A stretch of 64,000 bases of DNA. Origin: Octopus sinensis. Its lineage: Eukaryota. The position numbers were made by a program, and so were the translations under genes. The stretch spans positions 52,080,001 through 52,144,000 of the forward strand of contig NC_042997.1 of assembly GCF_006345805.1 (NCBI RefSeq). The letters run 5' to 3'. The stretch's first letter is position 1. Each line of letters starts with the position of its first letter. Positions 23,713-37,713 of the stretch are shown piece by piece. Under the pieces are notes generated by a model. The model had not been told where the DNA came from. It worked only from the letters and a program-made list of their open reading frames with translations, and did no database searches.

Positions 23713-25014
23713 GTATGTATTTCACGTTGTTTCTGTTTTTAGCTGGAGCAAATAGCTCAACAAATCAATAAAGTATCGGACGGTCAACTAAACAATATTT
23801 CGTATTGGCTGGTTCGTGACAAAAACATTTAACTCTCAACAAGATAGGTTAGTCCAACGGTCCTCAAAAAAAAAAAAAAGAAAGAAAGAAAGAAAAAGCA
23901 TTCTTAAAAGACATCTATTCACAGTTTTAAAAAGGGATTATTTTGAGAAATATATCAAACTATATTCACTTTAAGAAATCATAAATGCACTATAGGGGTA
24001 ATCAATAATGACGAACACGAGTTCCATCTATTTACTGTTAACTTTCTCAACTAAAGAAGACAACTGGTAATTTTTAAGAGGTTCATGGAATATTGCAGTT
24101 CTTTAAATACTTCCATTATTGAATATTTTTTTTCAACAAATGTACGCGTTAGTGGCGATGAATAGCTTTGGAATCACATGAAACAACATGAAGTTGAGTA
24201 ATACATAACATTTTCTCCAAATCAGGTTCATGCAGTGTCAATTTTTTAAATCGTCTCAACTCATATTTTCAAGTATTTCAAAATTTGTGATTTTGGTCTT
24301 TCGGGATTGTGTCGTTCGCAGTATAGTTATATAAGTGGACTTAAGATGGTTCGATCTAGCAAATCCCTTTTCTTTGCAATAATTAATCTCTGTTGCAAGT
24401 AAAAAAGAAAAGTCAATAATATTATATGTACAGTAACATTTTAAATTCTAATTATGCCACAATTAAATTCGAACTTCTTTCAACTGAGGTTGATAAATTA
24501 TGTATCATCTACTCTGTTAAATAATTAGTAATGCAGTCACCAGAGTAGCTGTCGTTCTTTCATACTGTAGCCGGATGATAAAATCGGTCGAGCGTCGGGG
24601 GAAATCTTGTGCTATTACATTCATTTGCGTTTTGAGTTCAAATCCCACCCAAGTTTACTTTGCCAGTCATTCTTCCATCATTGATAAAATAAATATTAAT
24701 CAATAAAATAAGAAAAGGATACGGCTAAGCAATTAAACTGAAGAAGGCCATTCCTACGCATGGTTAAACAGAGACAGAATGATGACGTTCTACATAATTC
24801 TTTCCCACGCAATAGTATTACTGTAATAGTATTATTGTAATAATATCTATAAGTGTTACTATAATAGTGACAAATGACGAAGCTGATTGACTTCTTCAAT
24901 TAAAGCCATTACATTTCACTTTCAACTCTAATTTTTGGGGGGAAAGCTATGAATGTCATGACATCCTATTTTGCTATTATTGTTCTAACTTTTGATTTTG
25001 TTCAATTTTTACAG

Positions 25015-25276
25015 GTATCGGTCTGACATCATTTGTGATTGTGGTCTTCCTGAATATTTACTACAATGTTATATTATGTTGGTCTTTCCGATATATGTTT
25101 GCTTCGTTTACGACGGGTACACTACCTTGGGCGAAATGTGGCCAGGAGTGGAATACTTGCGCCTGTCGTTCAGTATCTGACGGCTACGCAGCACCAAACG
25201 ATACACTTTGCAACATCACTTTGGATGGAAACTCCACCAGTGTAAAGACTTTTGATTCCGTCACAGAATACTGGGA
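25015..25276 (+). CDS. SLC6 transporter exon (TM3 + extracellular loop 2)
   Basis: Acceptor tttacag|GT, donor GA|gtaagt; IGLTSFVIVVFLNIYYNVILCWSFRYMFASFTTGTLPWAKCGQEWNTCAC...SVTEYW(E); LPW-C-x3-WNT-x2-C motif and sequons NDT, NIT, NST; 262 bp, in frame with neighbours. Confidence 0.96.
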
Positions 25277-26268
25277 GTAAGTACCTTGTTTAATGTTGTT
25301 TGTTGGTGGCAGAAGAAACAGAATTTATTGTAACGTCGATAGGATTAAAATATTCTCTTTTCACAAGTAATTTGAGCTGCTGTTTAACAAAGTTTCCATT
25401 TAGTGTACCCTATTTCAAACATTCGTACCAAAATGAATGATGATATCAAATAAAGCTGTTCTCAGCTATCAAATAGATAATTTCTTTCATCTGTTACTGG
25501 CAATAGATTAGCAAACATTTTGCCTTTGTATGTTAATACAATACTGTGGCACTATATTGGAATGTAAATTTATCAAAAGTGAACTACGTTTTGAGAGTAC
25601 TGTACTCAACTTCATTTTCTTTCTGAACAACTGTATAGTTGTTCATTTTTTGCTCACGAGGATTGCCATGCAGGATGTGAAACTCATTTATCTTGTGATA
25701 TTTTGTGTTACCACGATCGGCCACCAGTGGTGGTGCGCTACCGCTACAGTTTTGTTGCCCTTCACTCATTATAAATAGATTATAGGTGGAGAAACATTAA
25801 CATGTCTTTTCTCTTTCTAGAAGAATTTTTCATTATGATAATATAATAAACATACGTTTCTTAAGGGTAACACAATCATTAAATAACATAAGGCTGAGCA
25901 AGGTGGTACAAAGAGATATGACCTCCCCACGTAATTGCCGACGTTATGTAAGCAATTTTTCATAATTTTGTGCTACCAGACTGTGATAATTTGGCTTGTT
26001 TTCAATATTTTATTATTAGTAACAATTACTGTGCTTAACGGACTTATCGTCATCATGCTCCTTTGCCTATCTCATCCGTAATATGGCTGCATTAGACGTA
26101 GGGCAATTTTTAAAAATATATTTTTTAAAATGCGTATTATACAGCGGTACATACATACATACATAGATGCATTTTTAATCGGCAGAAAGTCACAAAAGTG
26201 GTACGAGAGCCGTGAGTTTCATGCACGAAATTCTCGGCCGTATAAAGACACACACACTCACACACATA

Positions 26269-26358
<90 letters not shown>

Positions 26359-26394
26359 TATATATAAGAAAGCTCTCGTTTCTTTTTATTTCAG

Positions 26395-26527
26395 GCGTGA
26401 AGTACTTCAAATATCTTCAGGATTGGAAGATATGGGTGTATTGAAGTGGGATTTGGTCCTCTGCTTACTGTTTGCCTGGATCGTCGTCTATATCTGCATT
26501 TGCAAGGGGATTAAATCTTCGGGAAAG
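26395..26527 (+). CDS. SLC6 transporter exon (EL2 end + TM4)
   Basis: Acceptor tttcag|G, donor AAG|gtaaaa; REVLQISSGLEDMGVLKWDLVLCLLFAWIVVYICICKGIKSSGK; 133 bp. Confidence 0.96.
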
Positions 26528-27261
26528 GTAAAAACTTCGTTTATTTTGTACAATTGTTATATTAATATTTCTGTATATCAGCTTTGAGATGATATACGTC
26601 ACATATTTATGTAAGAATAGCTTTATGTAACATATTTTGCTACATTATACCAACTTATCTGGATATTGTTATCTGTAATATGTATACAGAGCTTCGGTTT
26701 CAGGGAATGCGCTTATCATTAACTACAAACACCTCAAGCCTTATTATGCAGATCGTATCATTAATAAATGTACCTAACAAGATTTAGTAAAACTTCGAGT
26801 TCTTAAATGATCAGCAAGCGTCAATCCGTAAAGCAGTTCGTCGTCTCTATAATGTCAGTTAAGCAATTAATGCCAAGTTATATCAGGAAATACATGTCAA
26901 AGATAAAAGATGCCAAAAGATATCAGCGAATATACAAGTTATATTCCAGGAGCTTTGAGACATTTTAGGAAAGGCAGTTACAACTGTCCTAAATTATTGT
27001 AATTTAGTATATCATTACCATACAGCGAATAAGTTGACCTACCAACTTTTGTTATTCCAGATTGAAGGAGATGGCTATACTAGCACTTTGAACATATTCT
27101 ACTAAACACTACTTACCTCAACTAACTAGTTTGCAGAATACTGTCGGGAGGTGAAAACAATTTAGAAACTTGCTATGCGATAAATTCTTGTGTTAAACAG
27201 AGCAAACACGCTACAGAAACTTATGAAGTTAGCTTGCATTGGTCAAGCTTCTATTTTTCAC

Positions 27262-27690
27262 AAGAGGTCAGGCAAAGTAAGTCCACCGGGAAACTCATGA
27301 TGAGCTTTTACGATAGTAAGGACATCATCTACATCCACTGGATTCCCTCTAGCCGGGCATTCAATAAAGAGTAATTTGTGGAGGTTATGATGGAATTCAG
27401 GAAGAGATTTCGTTGTAAAAGGCCAGAGCACCTGCACCAGAACAATGCACCAGTGCACAGGTCCCTCCTGGTATCAACTGTTTGACAGAGATGAGCCTCA
27501 ATATTGTTCCTTCTTCTCCCTACAGTCCAGGTCGTGCTCTCTGTGACTTTCGTTTGTTCCCCAAGGTGAATGAGAAGATGAAGGAGGCTGTGACAAGGCT
27601 TCTGGACACTTTCACTTTGGAGGACTTCCACGGGATATTCACATAGTGGCTGTGTGTTACAAGAAATGCAGTAAAGCCAGAGGGTTCCCC
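27262..27690 (+). mobile_element. Mariner transposase relic (catalytic C-terminal half)
   Basis: RQSKSTGKLMMSFYDSKDIIYIHW..NKE*FVEVMMEFRKRFRCKRP..HQNNAPVH (HHDNA-like)..PYSPGRALCDFRLFPK (YSPDLAPCD-like)..MKEAVT; stops and deletions present. Confidence 0.85.
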
Positions 27691-27940
27691 TGAAAAAGTC
27701 TCAAAACTTCTGGGTAACACCTCCGATGTCTAAAATTCCAAGATATATCGACATTTGATTTCCCTCGAGCCACGTCGACATAATGAAACATAGATAATGG
27801 TTGCATGGACAAGAACTTAAGCTCCACGTAATTTTTCCTCCAATTTTTGTCTTTTTTTTTTGTCATTTTTAGTCTTTGCAATGCTAATTTATGCTTAGAG
27901 TTTGAACTTTTTTTCTTATTTATATGCATGCATGTGTGCA

Positions 27941-28206
27941 TGTATGTAATGTGTTTGTGCGTTCGCATTAACATAGTACAGTGACGGGAAGGACATGACA
28001 TCTATGATGCTGGTAGCATGATAAATGTGCCAAGTACACTATGTAAAATGACTGATGATAGAGAAGAGCATCCAGCTGTTGAAAACATGCATCAGTCATT
28101 CTACATATTGTACTTGGCGCATTTATCATGCCACCAGCATCATAGATGTCATGTCCTTCCCGCCACTGTACTATGTTAATGCGAACGCACAAACACATTA
28201 CACACA
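27941..28206. repeat. Foldback: 117-bp arms, 32-nt loop
   Basis: 27941-28057 vs 28090-28206, 6 mismatches, no indels. Confidence 0.9.
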
Positions 28207-31200
28207 GAGGGCAATAATTCAAACCTTTTAAATGTATATACAAACACTATAAATAAATTTTAAAATTGAATTATCAAACAGATGGTACATCTTTGTATTT
28301 CCTAAAATGGCAACTTGACAACATTCCTGGACATATTTCATAATAGATTGCATATAATTACTATTGCAGTCGCTGAAATAGTTATAGAAAACATTATCTG
28401 TTATGCTGTACTTACTCTATCCCAGCTGCCTCAATTGCTTCAGTCTCTGCATAGTGACTGGTTTAAGTGCAATATATAATTTTCATTGTTACCAGCAAAT
28501 AGCTGATATATCTATAAAACTTGAAACATTTTAAGACAGTTCGGAGGTGTATTTTGCCAGCATCGGTATCTACATTAAACCTCCACCAAGACGATTCCGC
28601 TGAAAATGACTGCCTGCTGTTTTTGAAGATATATTTCATGCAATACTTCAATGAAACGAATAGTGTTTATTTTCCATTTCATTTCTCAGCAGATACATTA
28701 CTGAAGAACCGCATTCCATTTTCTCTCCCCACCAGTATATATATATATATATATTATATATATATATATAAGCAGAATCGTTTGTCTTTCATCCTTTTGG
28801 TGTCGATAAAATCAGTACCAGTCAAGTAACGGGGTTGATGTAATCGACCAGTCCTCTTCCCCAAAATTTCAGACCTTGTGCTATAGTAGAAATTATTATT
28901 ATTATTATTGTTGTTGTTGTTGTTGTTGTTATTATTATTATTAAGGCAGCGAGCAAGTAGAATCGTTAGAACGCCGGACAAAATACTTTGCGTTCAAATT
29001 CCATCGAGATGTCTTTACCTTTCATCCTTTCGTGGTCGATGGAATAAGTATCAGGGGAGCACTGGGATCAACTTATTCGACTAACCTCTCCCTTCAGAAT
29101 TGCTGGTCTTGAACCGAAATTTGACGCAATTATTTTTATTATATATCAGAATATGGGCTTATATTATTTAATATGTCCTATTCTTATAAAATTAGGGTAC
29201 GATTTGAAAGAAATTTGAAAGTTTTTTGTTGCAGATCGAGGGAGATCTAGAAGCTGCCCTGTTGGTTGGGGTCCTACATTGGTTCAGAAGCAATCAGTTC
29301 TTTCGGGAGGCAGATTAGGATGCCATTAAATGATGTATGATATATGAAGCTTCATCAGTTTTTTTTTTTAAGTATGTTTTTAACTGCTGCATACAGCATT
29401 AATAATTCTAATTCTAACCGTCATCTGTGGGTATAAATCTCTAATACCTACACTGAGCAATGAGAAATTAATGTTGCCTAGACGGCTGAACATGAAAAAT
29501 TGGAAACTACTCTCCTTTATTGTTGCCAATGCTGTATTGTTGTTGTTACCACTGCTACCGTGTTAATATCACTTTTACTCTCTAGATGTACTTATTATTA
29601 TTGCTCTAATAGGTTTGCAGAATCGATGGAGTCGGGAAAAAAATGCTTCGCAGTATTTGTTCCGGCTCTTTTCGTTGATAAAATAAAGTATCTGTCAAGT
29701 ACTATGTTCGATGATATTGACTCACCTTTTCTCTTGAAAACTGCTTCAATCAAATATGATTATTGTTACTGAAGCAAGTGTCGTGCTATTACCATTGTGA
29801 CTAATTTTACAACGCTTTCCTCATGCGTGCAATGTCATATGGTTCACAAAATACAAATCAGTTATGCAAATATTGCAATAGTGACCTACATTCTTGCACG
29901 ATGTGTTTAGATCTTCTTTGTACTTTTTATGGTAATACATGACTCAATGATATTTTTCAAATCTTTAATCGTGATCCTCAAGTAGAGGACCGCAATTTTA
30001 GATGTAAAAGATATGTGTTCATTGCTACCTTTGCTCAAAAATCAAGTTTAGGACTATATTAATTTCACTCAGGTACAGTGCAGTTAAAAGTGACGCGCAA
30101 TCTCTCAGTAAAACTCTTTATTGAGTCCTCAAGTGGTTTAGATTCGACAGTTGGTACCTGAAAAAGTTATGTAAGTTACAACAAAACATATGAATGAAAT
30201 AATTCAATATTAGTAAGGTATTTCTACTTCAATTTTGATGTTTAAACACTATAATTTCTGCTGGTCTTACTGCAATTGCTACTACTGGCGTCAATGCGTT
30301 TGTTGGCTATCCCTGATCATCTCTCCTCATGAAGATCTTTGGGAGTACAAGTTTGAGGCTTTAGAAACAACCTGTAGATCTAGCTAACTCGAACACGCCC
30401 TACTTATACATTCATTGTGTTAAATTAAATCTAACTCCATTGTGCGATCGATGTTCCTCTGGCTGGAGTTATCCTATATTTATCTTGGAATATACTGTCT
30501 TAAGAAATAAGACATAAAAAAAGTTGAAACCAGACACTGTACTTTATTGCCGAAATAATAACGATGTTTTACATTGGCATAAGGTTACACGTTTTTAGTG
30601 GGGGGATATAGTCGATTGAATCTACGTCAGTATATTACATAACCATTTCCGTCATTCTAGTGCCCTCCACCTCTGTAATAGAAATAATAATAATACTAAT
30701 AATAATATACATCTATTAGTTGTTACTGCTTATATATTCTAAATTGGAGGAAACCCAAAACTTCTGAAATTCTTAAAGATTGCACGCGAAGAATTTGCTT
30801 CCTATAGTTAGCATTACTACCTAAAATTGTATGTGCATGCCCACCCACATAATTACTATTGTGCGCTTATTCAGACACGTACCTACTATTACTACCATAG
30901 ACATACACATTCACAAGCATACACACCCACGCACACATGTACGCACGTGTTGCTTACCTCGGCGAATTTATAGAACTGACGTTAATCCTAGATAAACAAA
31001 GGGCATATCTCAAATAATATGGTATCTTGTATGTGACTGGTTTTCCTATCCAGAGACAGCTGAAGCAGTTTTCCATTAAGCTGTAAGCCATTCAGTTGTT
31101 TGATCCATCGACCTCCAGTCTGACAACCATACCTATTTGTTGTATTTTTAGTGGATCTGATACATGTTCGGTCAACTTTGGCCAAATGAACAGCTTATCC

Positions 31201-32875
31201 TACCACTATGAAGATGATTATATACGAATCAATAAAGCAGCCTCTACGCCGCAGTCGCTGAACCCGCTAGGAAAAAAGAACTGAATCTCCTTCAAATCAC
31301 ACCCTGCTGCCTTAAGACAAGATAATCATAGTTGGAAGGATTTTGATCATAGATCTGCTCGATCAACGCAGAGTTGGATTAAACAACATTGTTTAACCCT
31401 GCGTTAGCTCTGATCGTGTAGAATTATGATCAAAGGTTTTCCAGTCCGGAGCATCTCCTCAGTTTAAGGGTATCTAACAATACATTATTCAATGCGCACT
31501 TTCTTTATATTGGTAACTTACTTTTCTTATATATAGGGTGTGATTTGATAGATATTTCAGTTGCTTTTCTAGCGTGTCAATTGGCCAAGTTAAAACGCTC
31601 ATCATTCTTGATCCAACAATTCATTAGATGGTCATCGATATTTTATCATTACATTAAAAAGCGACACTATTATTATAAGTTATATACGACCAGCTATTAC
31701 TATATGTTATATAAGATATTCTGTCATTATATGTTGCATAAAGTTGTAAAATGGTAGAAATGTTGAAGTGATGCACCAAATATTTTATAGTGTTTAGTTA
31801 CACCCCTTTACTTTCTAAATCCAAATTCCCGCAGATCAACTTTCGCTTTCATTCCTCTGGGCTCGGTAAAATAAATACAAGTCAAACACTAGAACCATTT
31901 AAACCCTCTGTATATTCTCTCGGGTTTAATTATCTGTACTCTCCCCATGGTTTATAATGTTGAACCAGTGTTAGAAATTATCATTCGTATCAATTCCACT
32001 CAGATAATGCGCAACTTATTACACTGATATAAAATAAAACTTACATTAATGCAATACTTTATATAATAGTTTTATGCCTAATACATATTGATGTGTAATG
32101 CTAGATATAAATGCATCACCTGCTTCAACTAAACCAGTATATTAACCTTGTTTATACCTATATCCCTCGTTTACTAGTTTACCATCCCGATTTCAATCCG
32201 CATATAAGAAAAAGTAGTTTTGTATATACACCACAGTTTATTGACAGTATACGACCACTATATCGCTTCACCACCGCTTATGTCTCTCTGATTATATAAA
32301 CCATTTACATTAAATTTAGCATTAGCATCCTTAAAAGTCAACATTAAAGAAAACAAATCATGCAAAAGTAGGGCGAATAACGATGAAGAAATGGAATTTT
32401 GAAATTCTCCATTGAATTTTTTAAATTTTAAAGTGGGTGAATTTCTAGCCGGTTAAGAATTTCTTATCTAAAAAAGTTATACTTATTATCAGTTAATTAC
32501 AAAGTAACCGATACTGAAATGTTTGAATGTGTTAAAATAGCCGTCAAGGATTAGAAGAAAATGTATGATAACAAGAAAAAAAAAAAGATTACAAAACTTA
32601 ATGCCTTCTCAATGTTATTGATTACTATAGATTCCTATATGTTGCAGAAGCAAATATTCCATAAATAGAATAGAATACACAGTTTCGATTAAAGATTTTT
32701 CGGGTAAAGTACAGTCGAATTAAATTAACAGATAATTATTTTATCGCAGTTGGATATTTATAGCCCAAGTGATGATCACCTGTTGCATCTCCGAAAATAA
32801 TTTCTTCGTGAAGTTAATTTTTGTTACGTTTTAATTCCAAATGACCTTGAATATTATCTATCATGAGGTGGCCAT

Positions 32876-33380
32876 ATTCTTTTCTACTCAGAGCACAGGG
32901 CCCGAAATTTGGGGGGAGGGGCCAGTCGATGACATCGATCCAGTACGCAACTGGTACTTAATATATTGACCCCGAAAGGATGAAAGGCAAAGTCGACCAC
33001 GGTGGAATTTGAACTCAGAACGTAAAGACAGACGAAATACTTATTTCTTTATTACCCACAAGGGGCTAAACATAGAGGGGACAAACAAGGACAGACATAG
33101 GTATTAAGTCGATTACATCGACCCCAGAACGTAACTGGTACTTAATTTATCGACCCCGAAAGGATGAAAGGCAAAGTCGACCTCGGCGGAATTTGAACTC
33201 AGAACGTAACGGCAGACGAAATACGGCTACGCATTTCGCCCGGCGTGCTAACGTTTCTTATTTCTTTATTGCCCACAAGGAGCTAAACATAGAGGAGACA
33301 AACAAGTACAGACAAATGGCTTAAGTCGATTACATCGACCCCAGTGCGTAAATGGTACTTAATTTATCGACCCCGAAAGT
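32876..33380 (-). mobile_element. Three tandem, partly truncated family B SINE units
   Basis: The block gtcgattacatcgaccccag...atcgaccccgaaagg repeats three times head to tail. Confidence 0.8.
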
Positions 33381-33792
33381 AAATGAAATAATATGTTTGA
33401 ATTCTATTTCTACTTGATCGTCATTATCAATGTTCTACCTGATTTAGTCATTGTTGAGTTCACTTGGCTTTCATATACTATCGTTGGGAAACTCGCACTT
33501 CTTTAATATGCACGTTATACTAGAATATCCTTGTTCGTGAATGAGCAAATTTATTCAGCCAACTGTGGTCTGACTGTCGTTGTGATAATCACATGTTAAT
33601 ATAGTGACAGAGTAACCTAATTACTTAAACCTTTTCAACGTTTCTATTCTTAGCCATTTGAATTTTATAGCTATATATGAATGCGCTTTGTAAGGGTTTA
33701 CTAACGATTGGAATGGAAATATTCCATGCCCCGCTCCATTTCTCTCTCTGTCTCCTCTTTCTTTCTCTTTCTTTCTTTCTCTCTTCCTTTCT

Positions 33793-33828
<36 letters not shown>

Positions 33829-36126
33829 ACACACACACACACACACTCACAGACGTACGTACATATGTATGTATGTATGCATGTATGTATGTATGTATGT
33901 ATGTATGTATGTATGTATGTATTGGTATTTATGCATACACATGAGTACATACATGTTTGTCTTAATATATAAGTACGTATGTGAGGATGCATAATTTAAC
34001 AGTTCGTTCTGATTAAATTAACATACAAAACAAATTGGTGGAAAGAACGTTTTGCATGGAAAGAATAGTTTTAAAATATTTTCTTCATTGTTGCGAATAT
34101 TCAGATATTCACATTTTTAACTTTTATAGTTTTCGAGAACATATTTTAATGAGACACTTAAAAACAGTACTGCATTTACTTTAATCTACCTACTCAACTA
34201 GAATCTAAGCATCAGTTCATAACACAGACGGGACTTGTAGTACTTTTGTCAGCCATTATGGGAGGAACAAATATGGTAGATCAGTATCAAGACAACACAA
34301 ATGTTGGTGGAAGCTCGTTACACAAGAGTTTCACTTAACTTCTGGACGTCACATAACATAAAACATAACTTCATTGACAACATCATTGTATAATTTGAAT
34401 ACCAAATATCACACACTGCTTGCAGTATCTGGAACTCTTTCGTTTCTTTTCTTTTTACTTTGTTACCTCATTAGAGGTGAGAAGACAGCCTCTAACTTCA
34501 TGTTTTCTGAGGAATTACAACCGTGTTTCGTGGTCTGCTACAACAACAGCTCCTTTATAGGATCCAGTTAGCTCAAGACATCATCAGGAGGAACCACATC
34601 CGGTTTCGGCCCCTACTCCTCTACCGTTTTGACGTGGCGGGCCCCCCACACTTTCGGAGGTGTCTTCAGCTCTGGTGTTGGGTGCATGTCTTCTTCTTTC
34701 TTCTGTTCCCTGGCTTCTTCGATGTATCGTCAGCGAGTGTCAGCCGGTGACTGACTAACTTGTCAAAATTTTCCCTTTAAATACCTGCCGCTAGGCTCCA
34801 GCAGGGAGCCCCAAAAAGTTGTCACGTGACACTGTCTCACCTTAGTTATCCTCAGATCGGAGACCTGAGCCCAATACTTGCAACAGAGTGGCTTCCGCTA
34901 AAGACCCTTAAGAACCAGTTTATGGTGCTGAACCAGATATTGGATTGAGTCTACCACATAAAAGCAAAAACGGTTCTTCTGACGGGTTTCTACACAGATT
35001 CCGTCTTCCAAATTTACTTTGGTTAACCCAGAGTTACGGTAAAAGACACTACTTGGTCAATATGTCGCACAATGAGATCGAACGCGAAACCAAGTAGTTG
35101 CGATGTGAACTTCTTAAACACACAGCCATACCCGCACAACATCTTAGTAACAGTAGAGGGCGCTGCACAATGAAACATACGAACATTTCAGTGATGAGAG
35201 AAAGACTGAAAACTACGGTAATTATAAAATATTATTTTGAGGCAATCTGAGAACGGTTTATCTTCCAAGGTTGATAAAATAGCTAGTAATTAGTCAAATA
35301 TTGCACCCTAGATTTAAGGAGACTTACAATAGGACAATTCAGGGCAACTCATATCTAGTTATGGTACACTACAGATGTATACCAAAACTGTTAGTTTGGT
35401 ACACTGATCAAAATAACAGCATTGACTATTTCAGTGAGATCTTCAATGGCGACTTCTGTTCAATTTGAAGTTATCAAACACCTACATTATTAAAGAATCT
35501 GTAGCCATTTGTCAGATCTTTTGATTGCATCACAAGGTAGAGTCATATATCTTTGTAACAAATAAAAGAGAGAAAATATGAAGAACCATACATGTATGCG
35601 TACCAGGAATTAAACTGAAAAAATACATACTTTATTGACTAAGAAAATGAAATATCTTAAGAAAAAAAAAACAGGAAAGGCTGCGGTAATATATATTTCT
35701 AATTAAGATTAGATGTTTTTTAAAGGAAGATTTTTTTGAGACCTATCAACATTTATCTTTTTGTTAATCAATCAATCCAGAAAAGCCTGTTGTTTAAACA
35801 TCTGTTCACTAGTGGATAATTAGTAAAATATTCTTTTTAAAAGGAGATGGAAGACGGACATGCATCTAACAATGCAGCACTGTAATAATGCACCTTATCT
35901 TCTATAAATCTCATACCATATACTATACACCTAACCTAAATTACTACTATGCACGTAGGATTGACATTCACAGAAGCTGAATCATTTACTCAGCAACATT
36001 TTCAAGAAGTTTTGGTGTTCGAAAATAAAAGCAAAAACTGAATCATGTGCAAAAAAGAATTCAAACAAGACCGCTGATTGCAACAGCAAAGAAATCTACT
36101 GTTACACCATTGAGCAGTTGCAATAA

Positions 36127-36509
36127 TAACGAGAGCACTCAGAGAGTGCAAACCTCCGCCAAGGCAACACCAACGTCCTCTCAACGATTAGCCGGAGATG
36201 ATTTTTAAAATGAGAATATCTGAAATAAATTCGACTGCTCTCACAAACGAGAATACTAAAAATGAACCCGACCGCTCTCAAAAATTAAGTAAAAAAAATA
36301 AAAACAGGAAAAATAATCCAGAATCTTTTTCTGGTACCGGATCGATCCCCAAATCTAATCAGTTCATACCAGTCACGAGGCCAAACATCCTTGAAAGTGT
36401 CGTCCGAGTCTATCCAGCGGTTCTTGAGATATCTTGTCCACGGACAAACAAACAAACAAACAAACACGACTGAAAACAATACCACCGCCTCCGCTAAGGC
36501 GGAGGTAAT
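36127..36509 (+). mobile_element. Helentron-associated/pearl-type non-autonomous element (HINE-like)
   Basis: 5' small hairpin gcactc-aga-gagtgc, 5' subterminal cctccgcc (36153-36160) complementary to 3' ggcggagg, (ACAA)n tract, 3' hairpin cctccgc-taag-gcggagg (36488-36505). Confidence 0.55.
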
Positions 36510-37679
36510 AAAGATTTCTATCACTGATACAACTTAATACTTTTTATTAAGAAGAGTGTAGTAAATTTAACCTACTCAATACTTCAAGTTGTCCTCTGGA
36601 ACTTTATTTTATCGACCCCGACAGTATCTGAAGATAGATCATAGAGTACCATAACTACTACAACGCATTTTGGAACCATTTCTGATTTTGGCACATGGTC
36701 AGTAACTTTGAGGGGAGAAGAGTTAGTCGATACTATCGGCCCCAGTTCTTGGTTGGTATTTTACTTTATCGATGTCGGAAATATGAAAGACAAAGTCAAG
36801 CTCGGAGGGATTTAAACCAAAACGTAAAGAACCATAAATTCAGCAAGGTATTTTTGCAATGCACAAACAATTCCGCCAATCCACCGCCCTTTATCATTAT
36901 ATTAATATTGCTAGCAAATTCGAATACCAAAATTCAAAAAAGCTCAATTTATTCTATACCTATGACTGAAATGAGAGAAACCGGGTTAATGGAGCAAGCC
37001 ACCACTTGCCCAGGGTCACCAATGAAAGAATGTAAAAATACATATAAAAGACTTTTTTTTTGCTCAAATAGGAATGATGAGAATCTAATATAAAAAAGAG
37101 AGTTATTTTAAATAAATAGAATACAATGAAACAACTGATTCTAACAAAGATATATTGGGTACGAGAGTTTCTTCGTCCAAAATCCGTGAATACTCAAATA
37201 TTTCCTATGGGAGACTAATGTAAAAACATAACAGTATAAGAAATATAAACACATTAAAGACCAAGCAAATCACTTTTATTTTCTATTATTATAAGGAAAA
37301 AACCTTTTCCCAACAAACAAAAGAAACCTGAAATTTTCGCAAGGACGGCAAAGCAATCGCCATAGCCCTGGGTATTTAATCTTATATCTCCATCATCACC
37401 AACAAAGAATATCCTGCCTATCCCAGGTTTGCCTGGTAAGGCAATGGAAAGCTTGCTTCAACAATTCAAAATAAAACTAGTAATGTTAAAAATAATTGAG
37501 AATTAAGCTATTCAAAACAATGATAGCCTGCTACACGAAGTGCTTCAAATAGAATAAAATATAAGAAAAATATTACAAAAATTCGAGAAGTGATGAACAA
37601 AATCTAAACACACAAAAAATAAGAGTAAACGTTGTGAACAGTGAATAGTAAACCAGAAAAAGGAAAAGGAAAAGAAGTA

Positions 37680-37713
37680 GACTGACGTTTCGGGTGAAAC
37701 CTTTATCAAAGTC
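37680..37713 (-). ncRNA. Minimal type I hammerhead ribozyme, U3-A8 core variant
   Basis: Minus strand: gact-TTGATAA-aggtttcaccc-GAA-ACGT-C-agtc; stem I gact/agtc, stem II ggt/acc, palindromic ACGT, GUC site. Confidence 0.62.

Noticed and set aside
28052-28100. CTGATGA...GAAA in the loop of the 117-bp foldback
   Set aside because: No stem II and no U at 16.1; the pairing seen is just the foldback arm.
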